Assembly (NCBI RefSeq): GCF_009834535.1
Contig: NC_045702.1
Location: 74,152,001-74,216,000 of the forward strand
Origin: Camelus ferus
Taxonomy: Eukaryota
Length of the DNA: 64,000 nt
Direction: 5' to 3'
Shown: piece after piece, positions 1 through 12,963 of the stretch
Layout: the number at the start of each line of letters is the position of its first letter
Position numbering within the stretch: position 1 is the stretch's first letter
The notes under the pieces: generated by a model
What the model was told of the DNA's origin: nothing
Databases searched by the model: none
The model's input: only the letters and a program-made list of their open reading frames with translations
Translations under genes and position numbers: made by a program

Positions 1-2656
1 GGCTGTATGACACCCCTGTCACAGTAATCAAGGCTGGGATTTCATTTCTGTTTTGACTCATAAGGATCTGAGTTGGAGTTTTCTGGCAGACAAATAATAG
101 TGAATCCTTGCTGTTGGACAAAGGTATTTATATAAAGCAGTAGAACTGAAGGAGAAGTTACAGCATATGTGTTACTCTCCCTACTACTAAGCAGAATTAA
201 GCCTCTATCATTTTCAGATGGTTTTAGTTTAAATTTTTTTTTTTAGCAACTAGAGTAGATGAAAATATTTCTTAGGTTTTTATAAATGAGGAGCAATTGA
301 ACTACTGCCGTTATTCTGAGCTGTTCTATTTACTTAGTAGATAAGCACCTTCATGACCTTTTTTCCCCAGCCTTAGAAAGAAGATCTACTAACTCTAGAG
401 CTTCAAGATCCGTAAAAGTCAGTAATCTTAAGCATTCAATCCTTTCTTCCTGTTGGTCAGTCTCCCTTCCTTTTCATTGAGAAGAAATGTTTCAAAATAA
501 AACATTGTTCATTTTCTCTTGAACATGGTTCAGTAAACTGAGCTTTGTTGGATCAGAAGTGAAAACCATGTACAGCTGCCCCTGAAAAAGATTCTGCCTC
601 TTTTCCTTTCATCTTTATATGTTAGAACTACTATATGCTTAGTCTTGAGTTAGAGGTTTATATCAAAAAGGCATTTAGAAAAATAGATTTAATTTAGGCA
701 ACACAGACATACGAAAACAAGTATTAGGATAAATTATAACAGTTCCTGTTTTGTTTTGAGACTAAGTACAGTCCTTAAAAAGATGTATCATGTGTGTTTG
801 ATTAATTTCTAAATGTTGGGCATGCACAATAGTGGTGTTTTCCCAAAGACCCTTTCTTCTTGTTGCTCACTGTTAGAGTTATTAAACTTTCATGACTCAC
901 TCTAGAATTATAAGGGAAAGATCTGAGCTTGTTTCTTCTCCAGGTCCTTACTGTTTTAAGAACCCTTGTGAAAATATGTGCAGACTCTGTGGTAAAGTGG
1001 CAGGAAGCTTGCAGGTTAAACTCCCCCTCCACTTCCCGTCCACCCACACCCCAGGCCAGGAAACACACATTTCAGCTTCCTCCCCTCACCACCCAACACT
1101 GTCTGTCACTGTCCCGTGTTCAGTGTCTCAGAGGTTCCCAGGGTTGTGTTTAAAGATGGAGCAGGTTATTAACTGGATGTTGTGTGACGGGATCGTCTTG
1201 ACAGGCACTTCTTCACATGTGGATTTCTCGTGACTGTGTGGGCACAGGAGCTGTTGTGGACATAGAGTGACATCAGGAATCCCTACTCGAAGTACAGTAT
1301 AGAAAAACTCAGTTATAACCACTGTGTACTGTGCTTGTTTGGGGTCTACCACGCTGCTTTAAACTTCTCGCCGTTGGAGTAGGTTACCTTAAAGGTCTCT
1401 CCTAATCCTGAAATTCTATGAGTCTATGATTATCTTTAGCAATGATGCAAATCATTTACTTTTCTTTCATCTGCAAATGCCCTTAATGCTATACCCTTAA
1501 TAAACACCTGCCACAAAAGAAAACATTAATTTTACACTTCTTTATGGGGACAGGTTATTTCTGTAAATAACTAAATTGGATTTTTTGAAGATATTAGAAA
1601 ATAGGGTGCTCTTACACATAGATAATCCTGAATTATGCTTTTCAGACAATGAGCCTTGTTATATCTATTTTAAGATGCTATTTATAACCTAAAGCTGTCG
1701 TGATAAGTGAAGCACATGTAGGTTTTTATCACAGGATTTCTCCTGTCACAGTGGAGAACTCAGATGCTTGAAAGTTCTGGAAATTTATTTCTCCATCCCC
1801 GTGATGCCCTTTTTCACAGACTATTGTATGTCAGTAAAATCCAGGATAGTTAAGTTCTAAACAAATAACAGATTTTATTTCTACATAACACCTTCTAAAT
1901 TATTTTCTCAAGTATCATCTGCTTTCTTTTTTTTAGGAAATAGAAGAGGAATTGACTAGTTGAGAGGTTACTGTACAACATGATTAACATGGAAACACAC
2001 TTCTCAAAATAACCAAATAAATGGCAATTTTGGAAGTTTATCTTTTTATTTGAATTTCTATTTTAATACTCACTAGTTAGCAGAGTGTATAATGTGGACT
2101 TCCTGATATGAACTGCATCGTTCACATTTGCCATGGTGATCACGCTGTGTAAATTTTTACAGGGATCTCTTATTTCCAAAATTATGGTGCAGGATGAGGT
2201 GCAGAACAATTTTCCACTGAAGTCAGAAAAGAATCCCATTAGTAAGCCAGGAGCCAACTATTATACATTTTAGTGAAAGAGAAGAAGGAGGAAGGAGTTT
2301 GAAAAAAAAAAAGGAAAGGGTCCACCTTATTATTATTATGCTAGATGGTGCAAGTGTAATTTGCCTCCTTTGTTCTTAAATGGAAATGTGTAAATAATAC
2401 ATTATTTACTCTGTATTTCTTTATAATAGTCTTATCCCTTCCTCTAGCGACACTGTCAACTATTATAATCATAATTTTGCCAAATATTTCCCTTCCTGCA
2501 TTCACTGTTATTTATAAGCCCTCAGGTTTATTTAAAGTAGAGGTTAGCAAACTGGGAGCTGCCCTCAGCTTCTGTCTGTGCAGAAAACACTTCCTGAAGG
2601 CTCTGGCTGGTGGTGGTTGATATGTTTAGCACTTGTATGTTTTTTCCCCACCATAG

Positions 2657-2710
2657 GAAATTCCTGGAATAACCCTTGTGACAGAAGAGATCCCATTGCC
2701 TCTTATGAAG
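2657..2710 (+). CDS. GSAP: GSAP coding exon (~19), EIPGITLVTEEIPLPLMK
   Basis: catag|GAA...AAG|gtaagt; 54 nt, phase 0/0; peptide matches recalled human GSAP EIPGITLVTEDIALPLMK. Confidence 0.93.
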
Positions 2711-3086
2711 GTAAGTCCTTACAGCGAGAGACGGAAGCACGGGCCTGCTTGGCTTCCTTGCTGGCCTTCACATTCCTCTGCCCTGAGTGTTACGGTGGTT
2801 CCAGAGAGGACTGTAAACTGTCAGGGGAGGATGGGTGAGGCGTTGGGCTTGTTCTCCTGAAAATCCTTCCTAAATGGTAGAGCAGTCACTCAGATGATAT
2901 CAAGGCAACTCTTTTTAAAGAGTGAAGTTTTCTGAAGATGGAGAGCTCAGCTTGAGCCGTATAGAGGTCTACTTTCTACTGTGCCTCCAGCCAATCCATG
3001 CTGGAGGGGTTCTTGTGCATTTTCTTCTGAGGACTTGGGAGCTTTTTTTTTTTTTTCACTTCATTTGTGTTGTCACCCCTCAACAA

Positions 3087-3110
3087 ACACACACACACAC
3101 ACACACACAC
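3087..3110. repeat. (CA)n microsatellite, about 12 units
   Basis: Directly visible. Confidence 0.95.
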
Positions 3111-3989
3111 AATCTTAAAACCATTAAGTAAACTGGGCTGGGATTATCTAATTTCCTTCTGGTTCTGAGAACAGCTTTTCTGTTTCTCAAGAGTGACCTG
3201 CATGGGCTATCTGTGGTCTCAGCACACACCTCCTTCCTGCCCGCTCAGCGGCAGCTTTAGTGTCTCTCTGCAGTCTGGTACTTTCAGAAGAGTTTCTGAA
3301 TACAATAGGGAGGGTAGGGTGGGGGTGAGCGAGTAGAAAAGAATGTGTGTGTAGTTAAAAACTGGGGAGTAGTTTAGCGCAGTTTCCTTGAAGCTCCTTT
3401 GTTGTTTTTGGCATTGCCTCCTGTTAATTATAGCTTGATGTGTGCTGGGAAATCTCAACTTTTGGCAGCAGGCAGCTCCGTGTGCTTCTGTCTTTTACTA
3501 TTTACCTTTGATTCTTTTGGATCCACAAAGGGCAAGCCAGGCCTGGGCAGCTCAGGGAAGCTCTGGGTGTTTGAGGTCATAGCGATGCCCTGGGGGTGAG
3601 AGAGGGCCAACTGGGGCGGGTTTAGTGGTTCTGGGTTTCGGTCCTAAGAAGGGTCCTTAAGGGGAGACTGACTAGAGATGTTTCTAGGCAGCAGCATGAG
3701 ACGGCTGTGAAGGTCTGCAAAGGTAGGAAGACGAAGGGAAAAGAAAGTTTTGATTTAACAGCTTAAAAGTTTTTTAGTGAAAGCCTCCATCCTTTCAATT
3801 AATTGTTTCTGCTTTTACCACTAGTCCTACCAAACTCATACTGTGTTTGATGGAGACACAATAAACCAGTGAAGGAAATTTTAAAAAGAAAACAATGTCA
3901 CCCACAATTCTATACTTCCTGACATATGAACCATTTCCCCCATTTCCTCTTGGTTTGTCATAGGTATGTGCATTCTATCTAATAGTAAT

Positions 3990-4410
3990 GGCCATCTAGA
4001 GACATTTCGTAACAGTTATGAATTATTTCTGTACATTTTTCATGTTGGTACGTAAACTTCATAATTTTCATGGTTATGATTTCTAATGACTCCATAGGAT
4101 TACATTATGTGGCAGTGTCTTGATTTACTTAATCATTCTCTAGAGAGTCCCCATTAAAAAAATTTTACCATTAAAAATGTTGCAGTAAATATTTTTATAC
4201 AGTTTTGTGCGTATGTGTGATTTATTCTCCTAAGGTTAAATGCCCACATGTATTATTGGATGAAAGAGTATGACAATTTTTATAGCCTTTGAGTCTTATT
4301 GCCAAATTAATACTCAAAAATTGTTGTGATAATTTACACTGTTATAAGGGATTTATGAGTTTATCAGTTTTACTATAACCTTCTCAACATTGTGTATTTT
4401 CACTTAAAAA
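3990..4410 (-). mobile_element. Old L1M fragment
   Basis: Degenerate L1 3'-region phrases in antisense; boundaries approximate. Confidence 0.45.
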
Positions 4411-6285
4411 ATTAAGTAATGATAAAAGAGTGATGGGAGAGTTCTCAAATTTTTTAACCCATTGGCTTATTCTAAGAATACAATATGCCTTTGCTTAGGA
4501 ACAAAATAGTTTATTTTTATACTTCCTGATTTTTTTTCTATTTGTGTGTGTGTTTATTTCTGTGTAAAATGATGTTTTTATGTACTTCATTTTTTTTTTC
4601 TCCTTTGATACCCACTTTGCCTTACCCTCATTTTTTTTCTTCTCCCCTTAGTGCCTCTAGCAGTTGGCTCTGCAGACAATCGTTTCCTATTAACTATTCC
4701 TGACTCTGCTTGGGAGCTCTTCCCTGACTCCTGTGTATTTGTATGCTAGTAGGAAGTGTTCCCCAGGGCAAGTTTGAGCAGTAGATCTCTTCACTGCCCT
4801 CTCCACTCAGACAAGACCCACCAGGGAGGCTGAGGCATGCTGCTGGGATTTGCCCTGGGCTCAGGAGGGTTTGGTACTGGGTTTGGTTTGGCCAGTTCCC
4901 CCCCTTCCCCCATCACTAATCGGTACCTTCCAGTTCACGGGACAGCTGGCCCTGAGAGCTCTTGTTTGTTTCCCCATCTCTGCTTACATAATACCCCTCA
5001 CTATAAGTTACTGCCTTTGACCTACTTCTACCCAATTCCCAGCTTCATTACGTTGCAGTGAATGAATCTGGTTGCCATGGCACATCCCCTACATTTCCCC
5101 CCTCCCCGGCCCCACTTATGTGACAGTTCTTGCAGCTTACCTGATAGCAGGTGGTTCTGAGCACCCTCTACCTGAATCTCACGCTACCTTTTGAAGGCAT
5201 GCTTGCTGTCAGACTTTCCTCAAGGCCCAGGGGACCCATGTCTACTCTGACCACATTTGCTTCCATCCTGCTTGGAAGATGACTGCCCTGATAAGGAGTC
5301 TGGAGAGGGAAGGGCAAAATGAAACTGAATGAGCGCTTTCCTTCTGCTCTCTCTGAAAAGAAGTTTAGAGTGAAGTGGAGCACTTTACATGTTTAGTCTA
5401 TGAACACCGGGTTTAACTGGTTTGCAGCAGTTTATCACCTGAAAGACAAAAGGCTTCTTGATTTTAATAGAATGGTTTCCAAAAGAATTCTTAAAAGTGA
5501 ATCAAAATATGTATTGAAACAAGTTCCTCACCTTAAAAGAAATGTCATCAAGAATGACCTTCCAAAGAATGATTTTATCCCCTCCACAGGAAGCCATGTA
5601 AGGATTTTTTGAAAAAAAAAAAAAAAAGAAAGAAAAGAAAAGGAATAATACCTTACTTGAATATCAAGATAAAAGTTGAATGAGCATGCCACCAATGGAG
5701 AAATGGAGTGTTTTTATTAAAGTATTTTTTAAGCCAGACATCTTTAGCTTCATTTTCCAAAGTAAGGAAGCCTTTAAATTTAATCATTTGTGTAGCGATT
5801 TTTAACTTTCTGACCCAGAGACTCGGAAGGAGAAAGACTTCAAGTCCTTCCCCACCAGGAGCCACTCCACGTGAGGGCGTTGCTGCCTGGGTCTGTCGGG
5901 GTCTAGAGATCCCTGAGCAACTGGGGAAAGAGCAGTTGACACCTGGGCTGTTCTCCACTCAGAGACGTGTTCACTTAAGGATGCTGCTTCTCTCACACAC
6001 TTAAAAAATGTTTAAAAATACTGTTTTAATTGGGCAGAGCATGAGTATAATGCTTATTAAAGCACAAAAAACACCTTTTTTTCCTTGACCCTCCCAGTAC
6101 AGAGAGCCGCCATCACTTCAATAAAAAGCTTTCTTAAAGATCCAAAGTATCAACAGAATCACAGTGTGAGCTTGCAAGTTTTAAAAATTAGAATTGTTGC
6201 TCTGACAGCAATGTAGCACTACCAGAAATGTCAGTTAGTTATGTGGGAAATATTAATTGACTTTCCACAGTTTCGTTTGTACCTA

Positions 6286-7222
6286 TGTGATACTGCGCTA
6301 TAACTAGGAATATGTATCTGGTCTTCATCCATGATTCCTGGCACAGAGCTCTTAAAATCCTTGCAGTTTCCTCAGTGATAAGAACTACAGGGACATCTTT
6401 TGTTATAATACTTAGTGTTTGTTCCCAGTTCCTGAAATAACTCCAGAACACAAAGGTGAAAAGAATGTCTTTTGTTATTCCTAATAAGCCCCTTCCAACC
6501 ACACCTGAGTTTGTTAAAGAGGTGACTTTTGGAAAGCACCTCAGGATGGGGGCTGGTTGCCTGGAGAATGAAGTGTGTGATTAGAGGGTTGGAACTTTGA
6601 GAATCTGCCGCCACCACCTTCCAAGGCTAGAGTGGCTGGAGGTTCAGTTCAGTCACCAGTGGCCAGTGATTGAATCAAGCATGCCTGTGTAATGGAGCCT
6701 CTAGAAAGGACCCTAACTGAAGGGTTTCAGAGACCTCTCAGGGATGAATATTCATAGATGTGGGGGCGGAGGTGGAGTGTCTGGAGAGGGCATGGAAGCT
6801 CAGGGCCCATTCCCTCATGCTTGCCCCATGCATCTCTTTGATCTGGCTTTTGAGTTGTATCCTTTTGTAATAAACTGGTGTATAGTAAGTGAACTGTTTC
6901 CCTGAGTTCTGTGAGCCACTGTAACAAATTACAGAGCCCAAAGAGGGGGTCTTGGGAACCTCTGATTTCTAGGCGGTCAGTCAGAATCATAGATAACAAC
7001 CTGAACTTGCAATTGGCACCTGAAATAGGGGACACTCTTGTGGGACTGAGCCCTCAACCTGTGGGATCTGACACTATCTCTGGGTGAATTGTAGGACGCC
7101 CTGCAGGTGTTAAAGAATTGATAGGTGTGGGGGAAAAAAACCCCACACATTTGGTGACCAGAAGTGAAGTATTCTGGGGATAGTCGGTTATAGAGGAAAA
7201 AATTAGTTTTTCCTATAGAACA
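6286..7222 (+). mobile_element. Solo LTR, MER21-like (ERVL class)
   Basis: Starts TGTGAT; ggttcctggcacagagctc-like and ttgttattcctaataagccc motifs; internal AATAAA; resembles recalled MER21 consensus; ends approximate. Confidence 0.75.
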
Positions 7223-9474
7223 TATTTTGGGGGACAGTTCAATCACTATTGTAAAAACATAATTTTATGATGTTATAAAGAAACACTACTTATTAGAGAC
7301 AGAGCACCAGACTGGTCAATTCATTCCTATTGTATCTGTACGGATGGAGGGAACTTTGGTTTACTTCCCAGATGATGAAATTGAGGAACAGACCCAGGAC
7401 CAAGGATCCTAGTGTTTGTTTCTCTCCTACCCTCCACTACCCTGTGCTGCTCTTATTCATGGCTTTGGTTGAAGGCATACACTTAATTCTTAAGGCTAAG
7501 AGGAGGGAACTATCTTAGCGTGGGCTTTCTCAGGAAATATGCTGGTTGTGAGATGGAACAGGTTACAGCTGTATTTAAGAGGTTACATAAAAAAAATACA
7601 GCCCATTAAAAATGGCTAAGAGTACTACCCAGCTCGGCCAAGAAGAGAGATTTTTTTTACTTGACTTGGGAAGAAGGAGGAAGTTCTCTTACAAATAGGA
7701 GAACTGGCACTCACAAAATGCCGTCCCCTTAACAGGAACAGGAAGCCTCAGGAGTCACCGATCCTGTGCATGGATGGCCCTGTTTGGTATGGTACCTTAC
7801 TAGCTTTATGGACACATAGGTGTTTCTATTTTATCCTGTCTGTGCTGCAGGTAGTGGGTCGCTGTGTTTCTCTGGGCTGCAAGTAAAAGCTGATACTGAG
7901 ATGGTGTCCCCTGAAGAGCTGAGTGGATTGATGCTTTACCTCCGCTGGTTGAGCCCTGATAGGAAAAGTAAAGGTTCTCTCTGAGTTGGCTTCCTCTTCT
8001 GTAAAAGAAGATACTGGTTAATCAGCAAATGTAGGACCAAAGCCTGAGGGCCTTTCAGAAATGAAAGGCAGATTTTTTTTTTCTTTCCTGGCAGTCGTTT
8101 ACAGACGAGCCAGTAAGTACCATAGGGCTCCTCCTCTTCCTCCCCTCCCCCTCCTCTCTTTTCATTCCTTAAAAAAAAAAAAAAATCAACTGGCAATTCA
8201 AATCATGAATGGGCAACAGTCTCTTAATGTGACCCTTTGGTCCTTTTGTTGAATTAATAGTTGTGATGGGCTACATTTGGTAATTATTTCTTGTCATCCT
8301 AAGAGGCAAAATGAGATTATTTCTCAAAAAGAGACTTGGAATAATTTTCCTTTTTTGAAATCAAAATTTAAAACTCCCCTTGGTGCAGGAAAATGCTTCT
8401 GGGTGATTTCTTGAGGATCTGATGGTTTCTAACACCGGTGTCTCCCAGAATAGCTAAATGCATGGATATTTTCCTTAGAAAGCATTTTTGTGTGTTTTAA
8501 AGCTTTATGAGCTCTTTTCAAGGGGCTGCCGATGCGCTTCTTAGGCTTTGGTGGCTTTCACTTTGCTGTTGTCCCTGATGAGTACGGTGCTTTGTACCCA
8601 GCGAGTTCCCAAAGAGCCCCTTGACTGAAAGGAGAGGCTCTCTGTGCTCCCAGGTCGGCTGAGAGGGTGCAGTTGTGCAGCTTACACGCCCTCTTCCTTC
8701 CATGCTGTGTTACAACATCTAACATTTCACCTTGAAAGCTCTTTTGTTCTGTGGGTTAACGAGCGTGTTGTTGTTGCTTTGGCATTTGAGATCTTTTGAA
8801 GGGCTCTTTAACCCTGTCTCCTGTTATTTCACGACACTGTTGCAAGTCTTCAGACAGCTGGTTCTTCCTCAGCCTTTAACCCAGAGAAGAACATTTGAGG
8901 GTGGGAGGGAGACTGGGATTACCTGGACAGGCTCAAGCAGTGTTCTCAGCCTGGGCTGAACGTTAAGCTTGCCTGGGGAACGTCTGACACTCATAAGGGA
9001 GGCTCAGGTCACACCGCACACCAGTCAGCATTCTCGGGGATGGGACCAGGTGGTTGCTAAAGGGGGAGTCACACCCTAGTGGCAGATACTTACCTCACAG
9101 AGAATGAAGTGCTGGGGCTTGTTTTCTCTAAAGCTCTGCCTCTGATCTAAACCCAGAATCCACATTCTGGGTTCTCAGTCTTTGCTCACTTCCTCAGAGC
9201 CCCACCTGGAACATCCTCTCTTTTCCTTTGTCATTTTCATCCTGTGGGTCTTACCTGTTTCCCAGGCTTCCCAATAAACCTTCCAACTTACAATGATCTC
9301 TGTGCCACCGTTTCTCTCTCAACTCTCTCAATACCTGTATCATAACATCCAGCCCAGGGACCTCCTTGAAAGACCTACACATTTATTTAAGATATTTCTG
9401 GGACTTCTGGCTAAGAGTGTTCCTTATTTAAATGTGAGTTCTTATTTTAAAACTTAGAATCCGCTTTCCTTCTA

Positions 9475-9620
9475 ACTCAGTAGTTTTGAACTATTTGGGG
9501 CCATGGATTTTTTTTTTTTTTTTTTGAAAATCTGATGTAAGCTCTAGACCTTCTCCCCAGAAAATTGCTCCCACAAACACAACTCATTTTACATAGTCAG
9601 TGGGCACCTGTCCATGGTCT
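9475..9620. mobile_element. hAT-Charlie-type DNA transposon remnant
   Basis: cagtagttttgaac...gaaaatctgatgtaagctctagaccttctccccagaaaatt resembles Charlie/MER MITE consensus. Confidence 0.5.
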
Positions 9621-9875
9621 TGCTTTATTTGTTTATTCTTAGCTAAGAAAAGGGTATGAGGAAAGGTCTATTTTTTTTTTAATGGAGTGAAAAGAAGGTA
9701 CTTTGGGAGAGATCTTTTCTCAGGAGCCACAGTATGAGTATGAGAGTGGGGTCTTCTGACCGGAGGATGGCATTTGGCCTGAGAGGAAGAGCGACTCACA
9801 GGAATAAGGGCACCAATGTTCCTCCCTCTCCGGATGGGACTCCAATGGCAGAGCAGACAGAGGTAATAGCAGAAC

Positions 9876-9894
9876 TGACCACTAGATGTCACCA
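9876..9894 (+). promoter_or_regulatory. Candidate CTCF site TGACCACTAGATGTCACCA
   Basis: Close match to the CTCF core CCACYAGRKGKCR; motif only. Confidence 0.4.
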
Positions 9895-11241
9895 CATCAC
9901 CAATTAGTTTTCTGGCTCTTGGCACTAGTTACCTGAACCCAGAGGGAGAATAGCAAGAAAGCTGTAGTGACTTCCAATCAGGGACCTAATTCTGCCAAAT
10001 GAAGCAGGATTTGCTTTCATTATTGGGTTTTTTTTTTTTTTTCAATACGAGGAAGACCAAGGGGGTGGATAAAGGTATATTCGTCATAAATAAATGGAAA
10101 GGGAAAGAAAAGATGAGCGAGCTAGGTCAAGTGGGTGGTGGGCCCTGACTCCAGGTTCCGATTTCCTCTTGAAATGACACTTTATTGGAAGCAGCTTTTC
10201 CTGTCTCTGTGAGAATGGGTGTTGGCTGGTCAGGCCTTTCAAGCTTCTAAAACAGCAAGCTGGTTTTATTATATAATTCACTTTACTCCAACATCCACTT
10301 TGAGCCAATTGTGACTGTCATTTCAATAAGAATTTGGATGCTGTGCTCTTACTTAACAAAAGGGCATTTTTCTAGATTGAGGCATTTTTTTAAGTTCTCT
10401 TTTTCCCTTGCAATACAGCTAAGTCCGTTCCCACAGTAGGCATTACCTCACTTTGTTTTATGGCAACACATTGCATCCTTGACCCCAGTCAAATCTTTTC
10501 TAAATGCATATATTTTGGCAAGAAAGTATGAATCATAAATCTATCTTCATTGATTTACAAAAACAATTTGTGTCAGGATATCCTTCAACATTAAAAAATG
10601 TATTACTATTACATTTTATTCAAAAATGAACATAACGGGTACTTTTTGCTTCAGGGTAGTACAATTATATCAGTACATCAGAGACCTAAATGGGATGGGT
10701 GCCAGCGAATTCTGTTTTGGCGTATGCAACAAGTTTGTGTGAAAGTTCACCTTTTACCTTTCTGATTCCTGGGTTTTGAAAAAGATCCTTTGGAAGTAAA
10801 TAAACTTAGGGGGAAAGTAATCCTATCCTTTCATGCGCTCCCAATCTTGTGAACATTCCCTAACTGAGCATGGCATTGTTGACACAACCGAAGTCAGAAA
10901 ATGGGTCTTTGGGGAGGAAATGACCCTATGTGTTCAGTACCGGCTTCCCTGCTCAGCCCTCACCCAGGGAGTTGGGCTGGTGTGGGCCAGTGAGCTGTTG
11001 TCTCTCTGTGTAAAAGGGGCTCGAAGGGAAGAGAGCAAGGCAAGACTCTCTGTCTAGTTTAGAATTCTGATCAGGACAAGAATGCCATCCTTCGTGGGAC
11101 GTTACTCACTCGGAAACGCTGCCTCACTGCTGAGGAAGTGAGGCGAGCCCAGCTTTGTAGCAAGGCCTGCATGGCGTGGGCCGGGTAGTTTGGGCCACAG
11201 GGCCTGCTTCTCAGGCTCACCGATGTGTTTGTCTCCTACAG

Positions 11242-11370
11242 GTGCATAGCTTTAAGGGATACTGGGAAAAACTGAACTCCAACCTGGAATATGCTAAGTA
11301 CTCCAAGCCACACTTACACTATAACAACGGCGTGGTCAGGAGAGAGTGGCACAGCCTGATCTCAGAAGAG
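11242..11370 (+). CDS. GSAP: GSAP coding exon (~20), VHSFKGYWEKLNSNLEY...HSLISEE
   Basis: ctacag|GTG...GAG|gtatgt; 129 nt; near-identical to recalled human GSAP. Confidence 0.96.
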
Positions 11371-11619
11371 GTATGTGTGGGTTCCTGAGAGCCAAGCAAG
11401 AGGCAGACGCTGCGTGGACTAGGTTTGGCAATGCCTTCAGGTCACAAGGAGGCCGACATCAGTCCCCAGGCACTGCTCACCAGTGCTGTTGATCCCCAGT
11501 AGGCAGACCAAGGGCTGCCCTCATCTCTCTTCTCTGGGAGAGGAAGCTCAAATGCAAAGAAGTGAAGGGGCCCACACGGCATGTTCACAGTAGAAGTGGC
11601 ATTAACATCCGGGTCTCAG

Positions 11620-12065
11620 ATATGTTCTTGCATTACTGGTATAGTTAAAAATGGATCTGAAAAAAATCTAAGTATTCCCAAATTAGTGGTTGCTAGGGGT
11701 TAGGGATGGTGGAAAAGAGAAGAGTGAACGTGACCCCGATAAAGGGAAGCACGAGGGGACTGTAGGGTGACGAGCAGTTCTGTACCTTGATGGTGGGGTA
11801 CACTGTGGTGCGTGCATCCGCATACGTGATACAATGACAGAACTATATGCTCATTGTACCAGTGTCAGTGTCCCAATTTTGACATCATACTAAAGTTATT
11901 CATATAGGATGTAAACGCTGGGGGAGACTGGGTGAAGCGTACATGAGAGCTCCCTGTAGCACTGTTGGCTATAGTTGTAGTGTTGTTGTATAAAATATAT
12001 AGTTGACTTGCAACTTCCTGTAAATCTGTAATAGTTTCAGAATAAAACTTTTTTTTAAAAAATTT
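11620..12065 (+). mobile_element. L1MC-like 3' end
   Basis: tagtggttgctagggg...ttctgtaccttgatggtgg...tgcaacttcctgtaaatctgtaatagtttcagaataaaa. Confidence 0.7.
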
Positions 12066-12210
12066 CTTTTTAAGAATCTAGATGTTTTGATTACCCAGAA
12101 AATCTCTCTTTTTTCCGAACTGTTAACTATATCGCATGATGACTTCGATGTGAAAAATGTCACCCACAAAACCTTCACCTTCCACGCCTCTGATGTGTTC
12201 TAACTCCTAG

Positions 12211-12269
12211 AAAACAGGAAAAAGAAGTTCCCTGGTGTATGTGAGGAATATTCTTGATAATGCAATAAA
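12211..12269 (+). CDS. GSAP: GSAP coding exon (~21), KTGKRSSLVYVRNILDNAI(K)
   Basis: cctag|AAA...ATA AA|gtaagt; 59 nt; phase joins the next exon. Confidence 0.93.
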
Positions 12270-12931
12270 GTAAGTAAACTGAGGGGTTGTTGGAGCTGTA
12301 ACATGGTTATGTTTTGCAGTCACTTTGTTGGCTGCCTCTCAGGAAGTAGCTTACTTTTGTTGTGTGTCCTCAGCAAGATGGTGGAGCTGGAGTTTCTAGT
12401 GGGAAAAGTTTACGTGTTCAACCTTTTAGCCTTGCATCCTGGGGATGGATGATTTATCAGGAGTAAGTGGTAAAGAAAGCTCTTATTAATTGAGCACTTT
12501 GCGGGGGGCGGGGCACAGACAGTAGGCTGATTTTTTAAAAAGCGTTAGTGGGCTGGTGAGCTTGTTCTTATTTTGAAAGCATGTTTTCTGGGTAGATGAG
12601 TCATCTCGGGGTGTTACAAGTCTAGGCCCCATTCCAACCCCTGTTCTATTTTCTCTTCCCATTATTTCCAACAACTGAGAACTGCAATTGTTCTAAATTA
12701 TCGTCATTGTTTGCACTGAAGAGTTTTGAGATTTTATAATTGCCTAATGTGGCTTTTGCCAAGCTGATTAAAATTTTTGAGGTTTTCAGCAACCTGAGAA
12801 CAATTTCTGCGGTGGTTTTATGGGTTTTAAAGGAGGATATCTTCGGATGGTGTTGTGGCTTTCTTTCTTTCTTTCCTTCTTTTTAATAATAATGCTTCCT
12901 GTGTGAATAACATTGGCTAATTTCTTTGTAG

Positions 12932-12963
12932 GGTGATTTCTAACCTACAAGCAAAGACTTTGG
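12932..12963 (+). CDS. GSAP: GSAP coding exon (~22), VISNLQAKTL
   Basis: tttgtag|G GTG ATT...TTG G|gtaag; 32 nt; phases consistent on both sides. Confidence 0.9.
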
